DNA from: Pecten maximus
Lineage: Eukaryota
Reading direction: 5' to 3'
Length of the DNA: 64,000 nucleotides
NCBI RefSeq assembly: GCF_902652985.1
Contig: NC_047023.1
Span: 40,238,001 to 40,302,000, forward strand
Made by a program: the position numbers and the translations under genes. Under the pieces are notes generated by a model. That model was not told the DNA's origin. It worked only from the letters and a program-made list of their open reading frames with translations, and did not search any database. Shown here piece by piece: positions 53,230 through 64,000 of this stretch. Every line of letters starts with the position of its first letter. Within the stretch, counting starts at the first letter, position 1.

Positions 53230-53560
53230 TTTGGCATGGCATTCTGAAATAGATGCATACGGTGCGGTTAGGTGTTCAAAGGTCAGGATCCCAGTAATGG
53301 AAACTGTACGATGAACAGTCCATGTTGAGAAAAGCTCCCAACCCAGAAAGTTCATGGGGAAGGGTGGACAATGAACTATATTTTACTGTACATGACCCCT
53401 CGAGGCCCCAGGGACAAGCATAATGTAATACTAGTAGCTAGATGAAGGAACGTTTTGATTATAATTATATAAAAAGGACAGTGCACTCGAAAGGTATACA
53501 CTTATGCTCACAAGTGCTTGCGGTGCAACAGGGCACATCCGATTTCAAAATTGTTATCAG
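53230..53560 (+). pseudogene. DIRS/Ngaro gag C-terminal remnant
   Basis: WKLYDEQSMLRKAPNPESSWGRVDNELYF (W..YD..FR...W..ID..L pattern), followed by a C/H-rich knuckle remnant HKCLRCNRAHP. Confidence 0.55.
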
Positions 53561-53699
53561 GCTGGTGGTCAGGGTTCAGCAAATGGGTTGCCAAGTACCA
53601 CAGGTCTCAGTATCCAGAGGGGTTCAAAATTCAATATCAAGGGCCCAGGGTAACTACATTTAAAAAAAAGAGTGGAGCAGGAGTGAAACCGAGGGAAAA

Positions 53700-55000
53700 A
53701 TCATGAAGGAAGTTTAGTTAAGTAGACTAGCTGGCCCTTTCACGGTTAAACCTATTTCAACACTCCATATATCCCCTTTAGGAGTTGAACATTACACACC
53801 TAGCTTATCCTAGGGAAGGAGGCATAAATAATATGATTGACCCCCAGGAGGTTTTAGTTCAGTACTCATCCTTTGACAAGGTGGTAACAATGAATTCCAA
53901 TGGGGCATTGTTGGGGAAATGGACATTAAGTCCGCTTTCAGGTTGATTCCAATACACCCTTTAGATTTTGACCTTTTAGGCTTCCAATTAAAGGGAATAT
54001 TAATGTTTGACAAGTGTCTCCAAAGGGGTTGCTCTATATATTGTAGCATTTTTGAGAAATTTGCTAGGTTTATTGAATGGATAGTAAAGGAGAAGTCTGG
54101 GGATATATCATTGGATCATTATTTAGATGTCTTGTTTTCTGGTAGAGCTAACACAGGAACCTGTGGCATTTTGATGGGAGAGTTTAGGGAAGTTTTTGAT
54201 GAACTTGGCATTCCTATTGCTAGAGAGAAAGCACAGGGCCCCAAAAACTATACTGATATTTTTAGGGTTAGAATTGACACAGAAAAGATGAATGGGAAAA
54301 TTCCCCATGACAAACAAGTGTCAAGTAGTACTTATTGTTGAAATTAACTTAATGTTACAAAAGGGAAAAGTTACCCTGAAAGAGCTACAGTCATTAGCTG
54401 GTTCCTTGTCAATTTATGCTAGGGAAATCCCTGTGGCATGTTAATTCATCAGACGGATGTTTGATGCAATGACAGGTGCATGTAAATCATTACACTTGGT
54501 TCTAAGTACTCAATGAATTAGACAGGATCTTGAATTATGGGTAATTTCCTAAATCATTTCAATGGTGAATCCTATATTTCTGAAGTAGATTAGTCATCTA
54601 ATGAGTCTTAGGGCTTACTTACAGACAGTGCAGAAAATAACACCTTTAGATTTGGGGCTCTTTTTTGGGAACCATTGGTCTGTTTTTAGGTGGCCAACCC
54701 TATGGCAGAACGAACCACTCATGAGAGATATTACATTTCTAGAGTTTGCCAATTCTTCTTGCATTCCTTACTTGGAAAACAGTTTTCAGTTTTCAAAAAA
54801 AAAAAAAAAAAAAAAATGGTTTGTTGATAATGAGGCACTTGTTACTATACTCAACAAGAAAACTGCAAAGTCTTTGAGGGTTTATGTCCTTATTGCGCCC
54901 CCTGGCGTTGTGCTACATGAATAATAGTATTCAGTTTTAGACAATACATCTGGCAGGGGTATCCTATTCAGCATCTGATGCTTTATCTTGGTTTTAGCTC
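53700..55000 (+). pseudogene. DIRS/Ngaro RT + RNase H, frameshifted
   Basis: RT: MDIKSAFRLIPIHP.DF.LLGF...FDKCL..GCS...IFEKF...HYLD. RNase H: TDSA, DITFLE, FVDNEALVTILNKKT. Confidence 0.9.
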
Positions 55001-55089
55001 TCAAAGTTTCGGCAGGTAATCGCAGGAGCAGACATAGGATCGACAGAAATACCAGGGAATTTCTGTGCTACATATTGACAGTGAAGTTG

Positions 55090-55975
55090 ACAGGTTGATA
55101 GGGAGTTCTTTCACAGAAAATGCTAAGGCATTATACAGTAAAGCTATGACTAGTTTTGAAAAAATATTTAAGTGATATGAACTTGGTGTATAGTTGGCCC
55201 CATCTATTAAGCAAATAGTTCATTACATAGCTTATATGTCATTACAGGGTTCAAGGCATTCAATAGTGCAATGTTACTTAGCGGGTCTTGGTTTCAATTG
55301 CAAAAAAAAAAAAAAAAAAAATTGCTTAACCCAACTCAGCATTTCATTGTACATAAAATGCTGGAGGGTATTAGAAGATGCAATGGTGTGGCTGATTCAC
55401 GACTGCCAATTACATTGGATTTGTTGATAAAGTTTATTTCTGTTCTTCTTCAGATCTGTAGCTCCTCCTTTGAAGTGTGACCGTTTTTATGTGCTTATTC
55501 CATGGTATTTTATGGATTTTTCAGAGTTGGGGAGTTAACATGCGGTAGCAAAACACCAGTAAGATGTGTAGACAGCTCACAAGTTATTGTAGAAGATGGC
55601 TTTGCTTACATACAGTTATCATTTTCCAAGATAGACCAATATGAAAAGGAAACTACGATTATATTGCCCTATGTTAACAATATCAGCCGCCCTGTTTCAA
55701 ATATAAAGTTAAACTTGGACATTAGGCCTGGTGTAAGGGGCACATTCCCTTGTCATTTCGGTTGTAAACCACGTACCTGGTATAAATTCTCAAGTATATT
55801 AAGAGAGGCTTGCAAGGCAGTAGGCATAGAGGCTAACACTAACAGATATACATCTCATTCATTCTGTATCGGAGCAGCAACAACAGCTGCAATGGCCAAC
55901 ATGTTGGAGGGGGAAATCATGGACATCAGCCGTTGGCGGTCACTAACATATAACAAGTACATAAGGATTCCAACA
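55090..55975 (+). pseudogene. DIRS/Ngaro tyrosine recombinase (SAM-like N-domain + catalytic domain), disrupted
   Basis: IVHYIAYMSLQG...YLAGL, RLPIT, FYGFFRVGE, SKIDQ, YTSHSFCIGAATTAA (catalytic R replaced by C), RWRS..Y.KYIR. Confidence 0.9.
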
Positions 55976-56009
55976 CAAACATTTTTAGACCAATTTTTAG
56001 CGTGTTCAA

Positions 56010-56217
56010 GGACAGGTCTGGCTGGTGGGGTCCTCGATAATAAGGAGGGCTTGTGTACATGCCCAAAGTAGACCGGGGGGAAGTCAATGGAACATTGGCA
56101 GAGTTGGACTGTCCTTGTGGTGGCAGGGCAAAGGGGGAATGAAGATCAAGCACCTGCGACCAGTAGTTCAGCATTTGGTTAAGTTTGAGGATCCTCCTCG
56201 CATTTTCATATTGCATG

Positions 56218-56252
<35 letters not shown>

Positions 56253-56615
56253 AATGACCTTCGTAATGACCTTCTGGAGACAAGGATGGGGAAAATTAAG
56301 AGTTGAAATCAAAGAGGCCATAATTTGGTTAGAGGTAAAATTTCCGAGAACTTTAATGATTTGGTCATAGGTATTACCTAGATTGCATTGGAGAGGGTCG
56401 AATAACACTGTAGCATCAGAAAGGACCAGGCGAAGATTGAAGGGTCCCTTTCTGCATTTATGATAAATAGGGGAAGTGCTTTTATTCAATACCCTAAGTT
56501 GAAGTTGGAAGACCAGTTCTTCCTTGCTAATGACAAGGTTCACTTGTCTAGTTTTGGCAATGACATTTTTGTAAACACCTTGCAAGGAGTGATAGAAACC
56601 TTTTTCACAACTAAT
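56010..56615 (+). pseudogene. SGNH/GDSL-hydrolase-like accessory ORF of the element, disrupted
   Basis: Block I VGSSIIRRA, block II WQGKGGM, block III ILHVG(G)nNDL, and block V-like FLANDKVHLS..GNDIF. A poly-G expansion and frameshifts interrupt it. Confidence 0.72.
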
Positions 56616-58950
56616 GGTAGGGCGTTCCCTGAACTTAGGAAGGGATTTTTTAGTCACAACCTTGTCCGCGACTTTGTTGGCCGTTGGCGGTGAACAAGCC
56701 AATTTGAGTTGTCTTGTTCATATGGCATAGTTCGCGGTACAAGTTACTTTAGGTAGGTTTTGGGGTACATGTATATTGTTCAGACTTGCTGTGTTGGTGA
56801 AATGCTACCTATTACATGTACATCAAAAAAGGTTACCGCACCTATAGAAAAAAATACTCTTGGTTTGCCCTCATTGAGAGTGCCGTGTTTTGACCTTGAA
56901 GTTCGTGCTGCGTTGTCTCTCAGACCAGGATTCGGATAAATCGACAATGTTCAAACTAATCCCTTGCTATATATCTTTGGAGAGCTGCTGCCCAGGATAC
57001 AGTTTATTAACTGATTTGTCTAATTTACAATATTTTGGACATTTTATTCATTGTGAACATTGTTCTGCTGATCTGTTTATATTGAATGCAGTTGCAGCTG
57101 CATATTGATTTGTTGAATATTGATTTCAATGATTTGGCATCTTGATTAACAGGGATCTGGCACCCAGAATCTGTTAAATATTGAGGATTTGTAAACTATT
57201 GATTAACGGGGAGTTGTCACCCATGAACCGTTGATTGATGTGATTACTTGATTTTTCATTGAATTTGCTTTATAATTAACGGGGAGCTGTACACCCAGAA
57301 ACCGTTAATTATCATTGTTTGTATTATTGATTTGTGGCATGTCATTTATACCCATGCTGGGACGACTGCCAATTCTAGTAAAGTTGTGACTAATAAATCC
57401 AATCAAACCTTTTTATGATGTCTTTGTTTTGCATTCATATTTTATAATACGTATTGCGGAATAACCCGCAATTCACGTTATAAAATTGGGTGCAGATACT
57501 GCTTGTTTCTGTTTAAATGAGAAATCTTGTACTTGCATGTATTAACGAAAAAAGTTTGGAACACGACGCTTTAATATAAAACATAAGCATATCATCACTC
57601 GATGTTCATTATAAAAGAGACGTTAACCGTGTCCCCTAAAACGCCTGTATATCCTCGTCGATGTCCTCTATACCTCTGGTTTTTTTTTTTTTTTTTTTTT
57701 TTTTTCTTCATTGTTATGATTTTTCTCTTTGACTATCATTTTCTTTTCTGCTTTCTTCCTTTCTTCAAATACAGTGTAAAAGTGTTATTTTCGATGGTTC
57801 ATATTTTACAAAATTCGCTGCTGATGTGTTTCTGGTGTGGGTTTTAACAACTTGACGAGCGGCATGCAAAATTCATGCGTATTATTATTTTTTCCGCGTC
57901 AATGCACTGATTTAAGATATTGAAATAATCATAAAATCATATTTTCAAATGAGCTACGAAAAGATAGTACTAAATATATCGTTAGCCTACTGTAGAGCTT
58001 AGCCCTGCTGTTGTTTGTGTTAAAACACCATTTACATTCCGAGCAAATATGAATTATAACAACTATAAACACATATGTGAATATATACCTTTCCTAAAAA
58101 TAGAGATAGATATACAATAAATTCATTTATCAGTTAATCAACATCTTGCAACATTTTGAAAATTAAACTAAAAATGTAGTTTTTTCTGCTTCTTTCTAGC
58201 TTCTGAACAGGTTTTTTTTGTATGTTGTTCTAATTGTTAAACACACACCCCTTTCCTTCCCGGACACCAGCTCTGGATAGTAAACTCTCATAGATTACAA
58301 TTTTCCAAAACACTATGTTGGAAAAGCACTTAAGACAGAAATTCACTCCATATGAAAACATACATTGTAATTGTGTCCATTAGGATGCATGATTTCGGAC
58401 TGTGTTGTTAGAACTGAGAAATACTCCTACAGGTAATTATATGTATTACAGAAAGCAATGAAGAAGTGAGTATTGGGTCTGAACAAATAATTTTCCGCTC
58501 ACCCTTTCTGTTAGTTTGAGGTGAGAAGCATGCATTAAGTTAGTTATTGCATGATTTTGCGTCACTCGGGACTCGGATCGCTCGAGTTTGATAAATCCCT
58601 TATACTCAAGAGCGATGCAATGACTTTTTCAAGCTATACAAAAAATGTATAGAGGGAGGGTTTTAGCTGATAGTGAATACGTACGTCAAAACGTTGTACA
58701 TAGCCCGCAGGCGATATACCGGAGCGGGCTTTCAGCAGATTCTAAATTATAAAACCATTGGCTTGGCTTGTGCTGGCAATTTAACGGATCGGGCAAAAAA
58801 TAGGAAATTCCTTTGGAAATGAGAGTTCATGTCATAGACAATCATTTCCTGAACAACATTGAGTCAATTGACTCTGTCTTCTTTTACCTTTTATTCTATA
58901 TGCGAATGCTTCTGATGTCACTAAAAAATGTTTTTTTTCAAGCATTATAG

Positions 58951-59063
58951 CCGTAGGCGATTCCTCTGACGTCAAGTCCTCGTCCGGTGTCTGTGAAATC
59001 ATATCTGAAGGTAAACGTGTCAATTTGTTCTGTGATACGGACACGTCGGATGGACCATGGTAT
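58951..59063 (+). CDS. FReD paralog, exon equivalent to coding exon 2 (function uncertain, possible pseudogene)
   Basis: tatag|CC...TAT|gtaagt, 113 nt. VGDSSDVKSSSGVCEIISEGKRVNLFCDTDTSDGPWY. About 90% identical to 26358-26470. Confidence 0.7.
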
Positions 59064-59533
59064 GTAAGTATGGAATACTTCAAATTCCCCTATAATGGAG
59101 TGAATGAGTATATAACCTTTATAACATTTAGTGCTAACCTCAGGTATTGTGCGTAGAATATCTATTGTAATATTTTGAAGTATGATGTACATTATATAGA
59201 AAATGTTCTCTCTTTTTTGTTCTAATTTCATGACAATATGTTAGTATACATATTCTGTAGTCTATGTAGGCAACACATGGTGGCATTTAATAAGAATTTC
59301 CTCTTCGCATTTCTATGTAATTCACTGTACGGAATATGGAAACTCAGGACACCCAATTACCAGTCCATGCAAAGGTGCAAAGGTTCTTTGATATCAGCAC
59401 AGTTCGTCGTCAATTTTGTGTTGTACTTAAAAATGTATAGGATTTGACACATGTATATAAACATCATTGAATATCTTCTTCAATACAATAGTTGTATTGA
59501 AAAAGTGAAGCAATGATAAAAAAATTTACACAG

Positions 59534-59603
59534 GTGATACAGAGACGAACAAGTGGAGATGTCGAAAACGGTTTCGGGGATCTACTGGGGAATTTCTGGA
59601 TTG
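59534..59603 (+). CDS. FReD paralog, exon 3 equivalent with an in-frame 27-nt deletion
   Basis: acacag|GTG...G|gtaagt, 70 nt. VIQRRTSGDVENGFGDLLGNFWI. Confidence 0.7.
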
Positions 59604-61714
59604 GTAAGTTGGTTTATATTTGACCTATCAGGATTTCTGGATTGGTAAGTCTGTATCGGGCAAGAGTGAAAATTCCTTTTTGGTGGTTTAACAGGTAAGC
59701 CCCAAACAGTTTCTAAAGAATATCGATGTATTTTATGAAATATCTATTCATATCATTAGCATATGAAAATAAATTGTTCGACTCGCTCAATTTTAAATTA
59801 CTTTGTGATTGTTTTCTTCATTCCCAACTATGATCTGCATGTCCAAAAAATGCTTGAAAATTTATTCATGTTTCCACCAATTTAACTACAAAACCTTTTC
59901 GATGTGCCTACACTGATGCTTTGATCATTTATCTATTCAATTCATGATTCTTTACATTGGCTATTTTAAACATGATAATTTTGAGCAAATAAATTTAGAT
60001 TTCACAACCGTGTAATTCTGAAGTTACAGTACTCCTGACGTGTTAGTTGACTTTGATGGAGACATGTATTATTTTTAGTTACATGTATTAGTTGCATTAT
60101 TTGTTTTCTTTGATTAGGTAGAATCCTGAATTTCAGGTGGTATATCCCGTGTACCTACATATATTTATATTTCATCAAAAGACAACTCCGGTCCAACCGT
60201 GGTTCAAATATGTTGGCTGCAAACAGATTAAATCGGTCAATGTCATCAACGGTCTATAGATAAAAACAATTTATCGCCAGATTGGCATTACATAAGTTTC
60301 GAGATATACACCATTTAGTAGGGAGATACCTAAATGAGGTTCCATGTGAATTGCGATTTAATTGTTACAAGTTATTCTTACAATGACTGATTTCATCAAG
60401 CAATGTTGCCTTACTTGCGTTTTAAAATGTAATGCTATTAAATACATGTCCATGTATTTCGGAAGGTATACAACGGATTTCTGAGGTGTAGGGCGTAAAT
60501 TTCATACAAGTACTAGTAAAATGCGTCTAAATGTCTCATTTTGTTTAGTTGAGCATTTGCCCCTGTGAGGAAGGCTTTCGGTTGTGTGCCCATGCCAATA
60601 CATACCAGAGTGTATAATACTAGTACAGAACTTGCTAGTCCTGCTTAGCGCTCGGCATTTTTGGAGTGGGATGACTAATTCATCCGTTGTCTGCAAAATG
60701 TGACCGGGTTCGTGTCCTCCTGGATGGCTTCGGCAGTTTGCTACTGTGAGGTAGCACTGAAAATTCGGCATCATAAGGAGATAGACACAAACATACTTAC
60801 TACAGCCTCAAAAAACACACCCAACCACACAAACATACATGTTCAAAATGTATCTCGAACACAGGGACGGCCATCCTTAAATCTCATTAGCTGTTGATAG
60901 GACGTTAAACAATACCAAAGCAAACCAAACCGAAAATTAAGAGTATGTCATTTTCCCTTCGTACATTCGATGGTTTGGTTTGGTATATTTTTTTAACGTC
61001 CAATTAACAGCTAATGTCATTTAAGGACGGCCTCCCGTGCGTGCGACATGCATGCGTGTAGTGAGTGCGTATGTGTGTTTTGGGAGGCTACGATATGTTC
61101 GTGTTTAGTCTCCTTGCGATGGCATTTTCATCATACAGCAATGATTTATCAGCAGTTTACTTTTTCATATTGGACAAGATTTTATACCTACCGAAAGGAC
61201 ATCAATATACGGACGTTCTCCTACGGGGAAACTGGGGAAAATAGGACATTGTTTGGGAAACAATCGCTCTGATCTTTTGGCGGTTGTTTACACTTGAAGG
61301 GTACTATTTTTTATCTTTTTAGGGAAACAAGCTTTTTTTTTAGATTTTGTTACATATGAACATGTCTTTCTAAAAATATTTTTCTGATATTGCTTCCATA
61401 GTATATCTGGTGTCATTTAAACTGTCAAAAGACACATAGACCGGCGCCGTCAGAATTTTATATTGATTTACATTTCCTCTATATATCGATATTCTGTTTT
61501 GAAGTTTCTGTGACCCAATACAATCTTACATGTCACCTAATGTTCGATACAATTATAATGATGATAATTAATCATAATTTTCATCGAAGTCTGCTATCCT
61601 TTTGGTTATGCATGCCTGTTATATCTGTGTTGTATATAAAAATATCCATGAACAGGCACGAATGGTCGATGTGTGACTGGTTCTCTCTTTATCTTCTTTT
61701 TCTTTCCATCAAAG

Positions 61715-61879
61715 GCAATGACAACCTTCATCTGCTGACTACCATCCCGAGGATCCTCCGAGTGGAACTAGAGGCCTGGGACGGGACAAGAGGATATGCC
61801 CAGTACTCGACATTCCAGGTGGCCGGTGAAGATCTGAACTACAAAATTCTTGTACAAGGATTCTCCGTGAACGTTTCCT
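61715..61879 (+). CDS. FReD paralog, exon 4 equivalent. The last exon is expected beyond the window end.
   Basis: aaag|GC...T|gtaagt, 165 nt. GNDNLHLLTTIPRILRVELEAWDGTRGYAQYSTFQVAGEDLNYKILVQGFSVNVS. 7 substitutions versus 22748-22912. Confidence 0.75.
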
Positions 61880-62111
61880 GTAAGTTATCACCATAATTTT
61901 TTTTATTATTATTTCAAAAGGTATGGTACTTCATTGTACTAATATCAATAAAAATATCATCGCCTACTCATGCTACTTATCATACATGCACATGTATTTG
62001 CTAATATGTTTTATATGGACGTCATCGTATCTTAAAGCAAAGTGAAAGTGATTGAACTAGTCTTTATCTCAGAGAACGGGACGACTTAACATATTTGTTT
62101 TCAGTATGTTC

Positions 62112-64000
62112 ATCTGTCAATACACCCAATATATAACCATCGGCGCCACTCGCCTGGTCTGTAATTACACCCAATATATAACCATCGGCGCCACTCGTCT
62201 CGTCTGTCAATACACCTTATACATGTATATAACCATCGGCGCCACTCGCCTCGTCTGTCAATACACCTTATATATAACCATCGGCGGCACCCACCTCGTC
62301 TGTCAATACACCTAATATACAAGAGGCCCAATGGGCCTGTATCGCTCACCTGGCTATAGAGCAAATTTGCAGTTGATTGAAGTCATTTCTACAGATACTA
62401 TGCTGATAAAAACATTATTCAAATATCAGAGTAAGCTAGGTTTATTCATGTCAATATATTTTTTAGTCCTTCATTCCAGCATACTATTGGCCTAAGATCG
62501 GGTCTTGGCTCTTGGCTCTAAGCATGCTACAGACAGGCCCAATATCAAGTCCCTGGGCCTCTTGGTTATTGAGAAGTCTTTTAAAGATTTTAACCTATTT
62601 GACCCATGTGACCTTGAATGAAGGTCAAGATCATCTATTTGAACAAACTTGGTAGCCCTTTACTCCAGCATGCTACAGGCCCAATATGAAGTCCCTGGGC
62701 CTCTTGGTTATTGAGAAGGAGTTGTTTGAAGATTATAACCTATTTGACAAATGTGACCTTGAATGAGGGTCAAGGTCATTTATTTTAACAAACTTGGTAG
62801 CCCTTTACCCCAGCATGCCACAGGCCCAATATCAATTCCCTGGGCCTCTTGGTTATTGAGAAGAAGTCGTTTGAAGAATATAGCCTATTTGACCCATGTG
62901 ACCTTGATTGAAGGTCAAGGTCATTTATTTTGACAAACTTTGTAGCCATTTACCCCAGCATGCTACAGGCCCAATATCAAGTCCCTGGACCTCTTGGTTA
63001 TTGAGAAGATGTCATTTGAAGATTATAGTCTATTTGACCCGTGTGACCTTGAATGAAAGTCAAGGTCATTTATTTTAACAAACTTGGTAGCCCTTTACCC
63101 CAGCATGCCACAGGCCCAATATCAATTCCCTGGGCCTCTTGGTTATTGAGAAGAAGTCGTTTGAAGAATATAGCCTATTTGACCCATGTGACCTTGAATG
63201 AAGGTCAAAGACATTCATTTTGACAAACTTTGTAGCCATTTACCCCAGCATGCTACAGGCCCAATATCAAGTCCCTGGACCTCTTGGTTATTGAGAAGAA
63301 GTCATTTGAAGATTATAGCGTATTTGACCCCTGTGACCTTGAATGAAAGTCAAAGTAATTTATTTTAACAAACTTGCTGGCCCTTCACCCCAGCATACTA
63401 CAGGCCCAATATGAAGTTCCTGGGCCTCTTGGTTATTGAGAAGAAGTTGTTTAAATGAAAAAGTTGACGCCGGACGGACGGCCGGACAGACGGACGGGCA
63501 GGTGAGCTAATAACCATCGGCGCCACTCGCCTCGTCTGTCAATAAACCTTATATAAAACCATTTGCGACACTCGCCTCGTCTGTCAATACACCTTAAATA
63601 TAACAATCGGCGGCACCCGCCTCGTCTTTCAATACACCTTAAATATAACCACAGGCGGCACCCGCCTCTTCTGTCAATACACCCAATATATAACCATCCT
63701 CGCCACTCGCCTCGTCTATCAATACACCGAATATATTACCACAGGCGGAACCCGCCTCGTCTGTCAAAAAAACCAATATATAACCAGAGGTACTCGCCTC
63801 GTCTGTCAATACACCTTATATATAACCATCGGCGCCACCCACCTCGTCTGTCAATACACCTTATATATAACCATCGGCGCCACTCGCCTCGTCTGTCAAT
63901 GCACCTTATATATAACCACAGGCGGCACCCGCCTCTTCTGTCAATAAACCCAATATATAACCATCCTCGCCACTCGCCTCGTCTATCAATACACCTAATA
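62112..64000. repeat. 42-bp intronic minisatellite (62112-62318 and 63511-64000), split by an insertion
   Basis: Unit ~tataaccatcggcgccactcgcctcgtctgtcaatacaccttata, the reverse-complement homolog of 21752-22058. Confidence 0.93.
62319..63510 (+). mobile_element. Non-autonomous Helentron-associated (HINE / CvA-pearl-like) element with ~7 internal 145-bp tandem repeats
   Basis: Starts acaagaggcccaatgggcc (hairpin) then cgctcacctg. 145-bp period (cccaatat at 62680, 62825, 62970, 63115, 63260, 63405). (GACG)n microsatellite at ~63466-63497. Ends caggtgagctaa, inverted to the 5' motif. Confidence 0.85.

Larger units (their letters stand above)
52035..57585 (+). mobile_element. Decayed tyrosine-recombinase retrotransposon (DIRS order, Ngaro-like) bounded by 142-bp direct repeats
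   Basis: Direct repeats at 52035-52176 and 57444-57585. Gag remnant, RT, RNase H, YR and SGNH-like ORF lie in order on the same strand. Confidence 0.88.

Noticed and set aside
55926-56702. 258-aa minus-strand ORF with poly-Pro
   Set aside because: Antisense shadow of the SGNH-like ORF. The poly-Pro comes from the G run.

Overview
AT-rich eukaryotic, intron-containing genomic DNA. The repeat repertoire and gene content suggest a bivalve mollusc, possibly a scallop (inference). Host genes: (i) the last exon of a nicotinic acetylcholine receptor-like Cys-loop channel (558-1120, +); (ii) a complete 5-coding-exon gene for a secreted PAN/apple + fibrinogen C-terminal domain (FReD) protein of about 302 aa (32379-21400, -); (iii) a divergently oriented duplicate of its FReD exons (58951 to beyond the window end, +), which has an in-frame 27-nt deletion and no recognisable PAN exon. 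The rest is repeats. These include five unrelated minisatellites, tRNA-derived SINEs, and Tc1, Tx1/L1, Penelope-like and Gypsy remnants. There is a non-coding LTR element with all cis-signals (46984-50227) and a ~3.96-kb tandem triplication whose junction lies inside that LTR. A decayed DIRS/Ngaro-type element carries gag, RT, RNase H, tyrosine recombinase and an SGNH-hydrolase ORF (52035-57585). A Crypton-like tyrosine recombinase remnant sits beside a 162-bp near-perfect palindrome, and there is a HINE/CvA-like element. The most unusual signals are (a) ~160-bp palindromes with shared ends and apex but unrelated arms, and (b) three covarying hairpins at the 3' end of the DIRS/Ngaro element. 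All calls were made by eye without database searches, and repeat boundaries are approximate.
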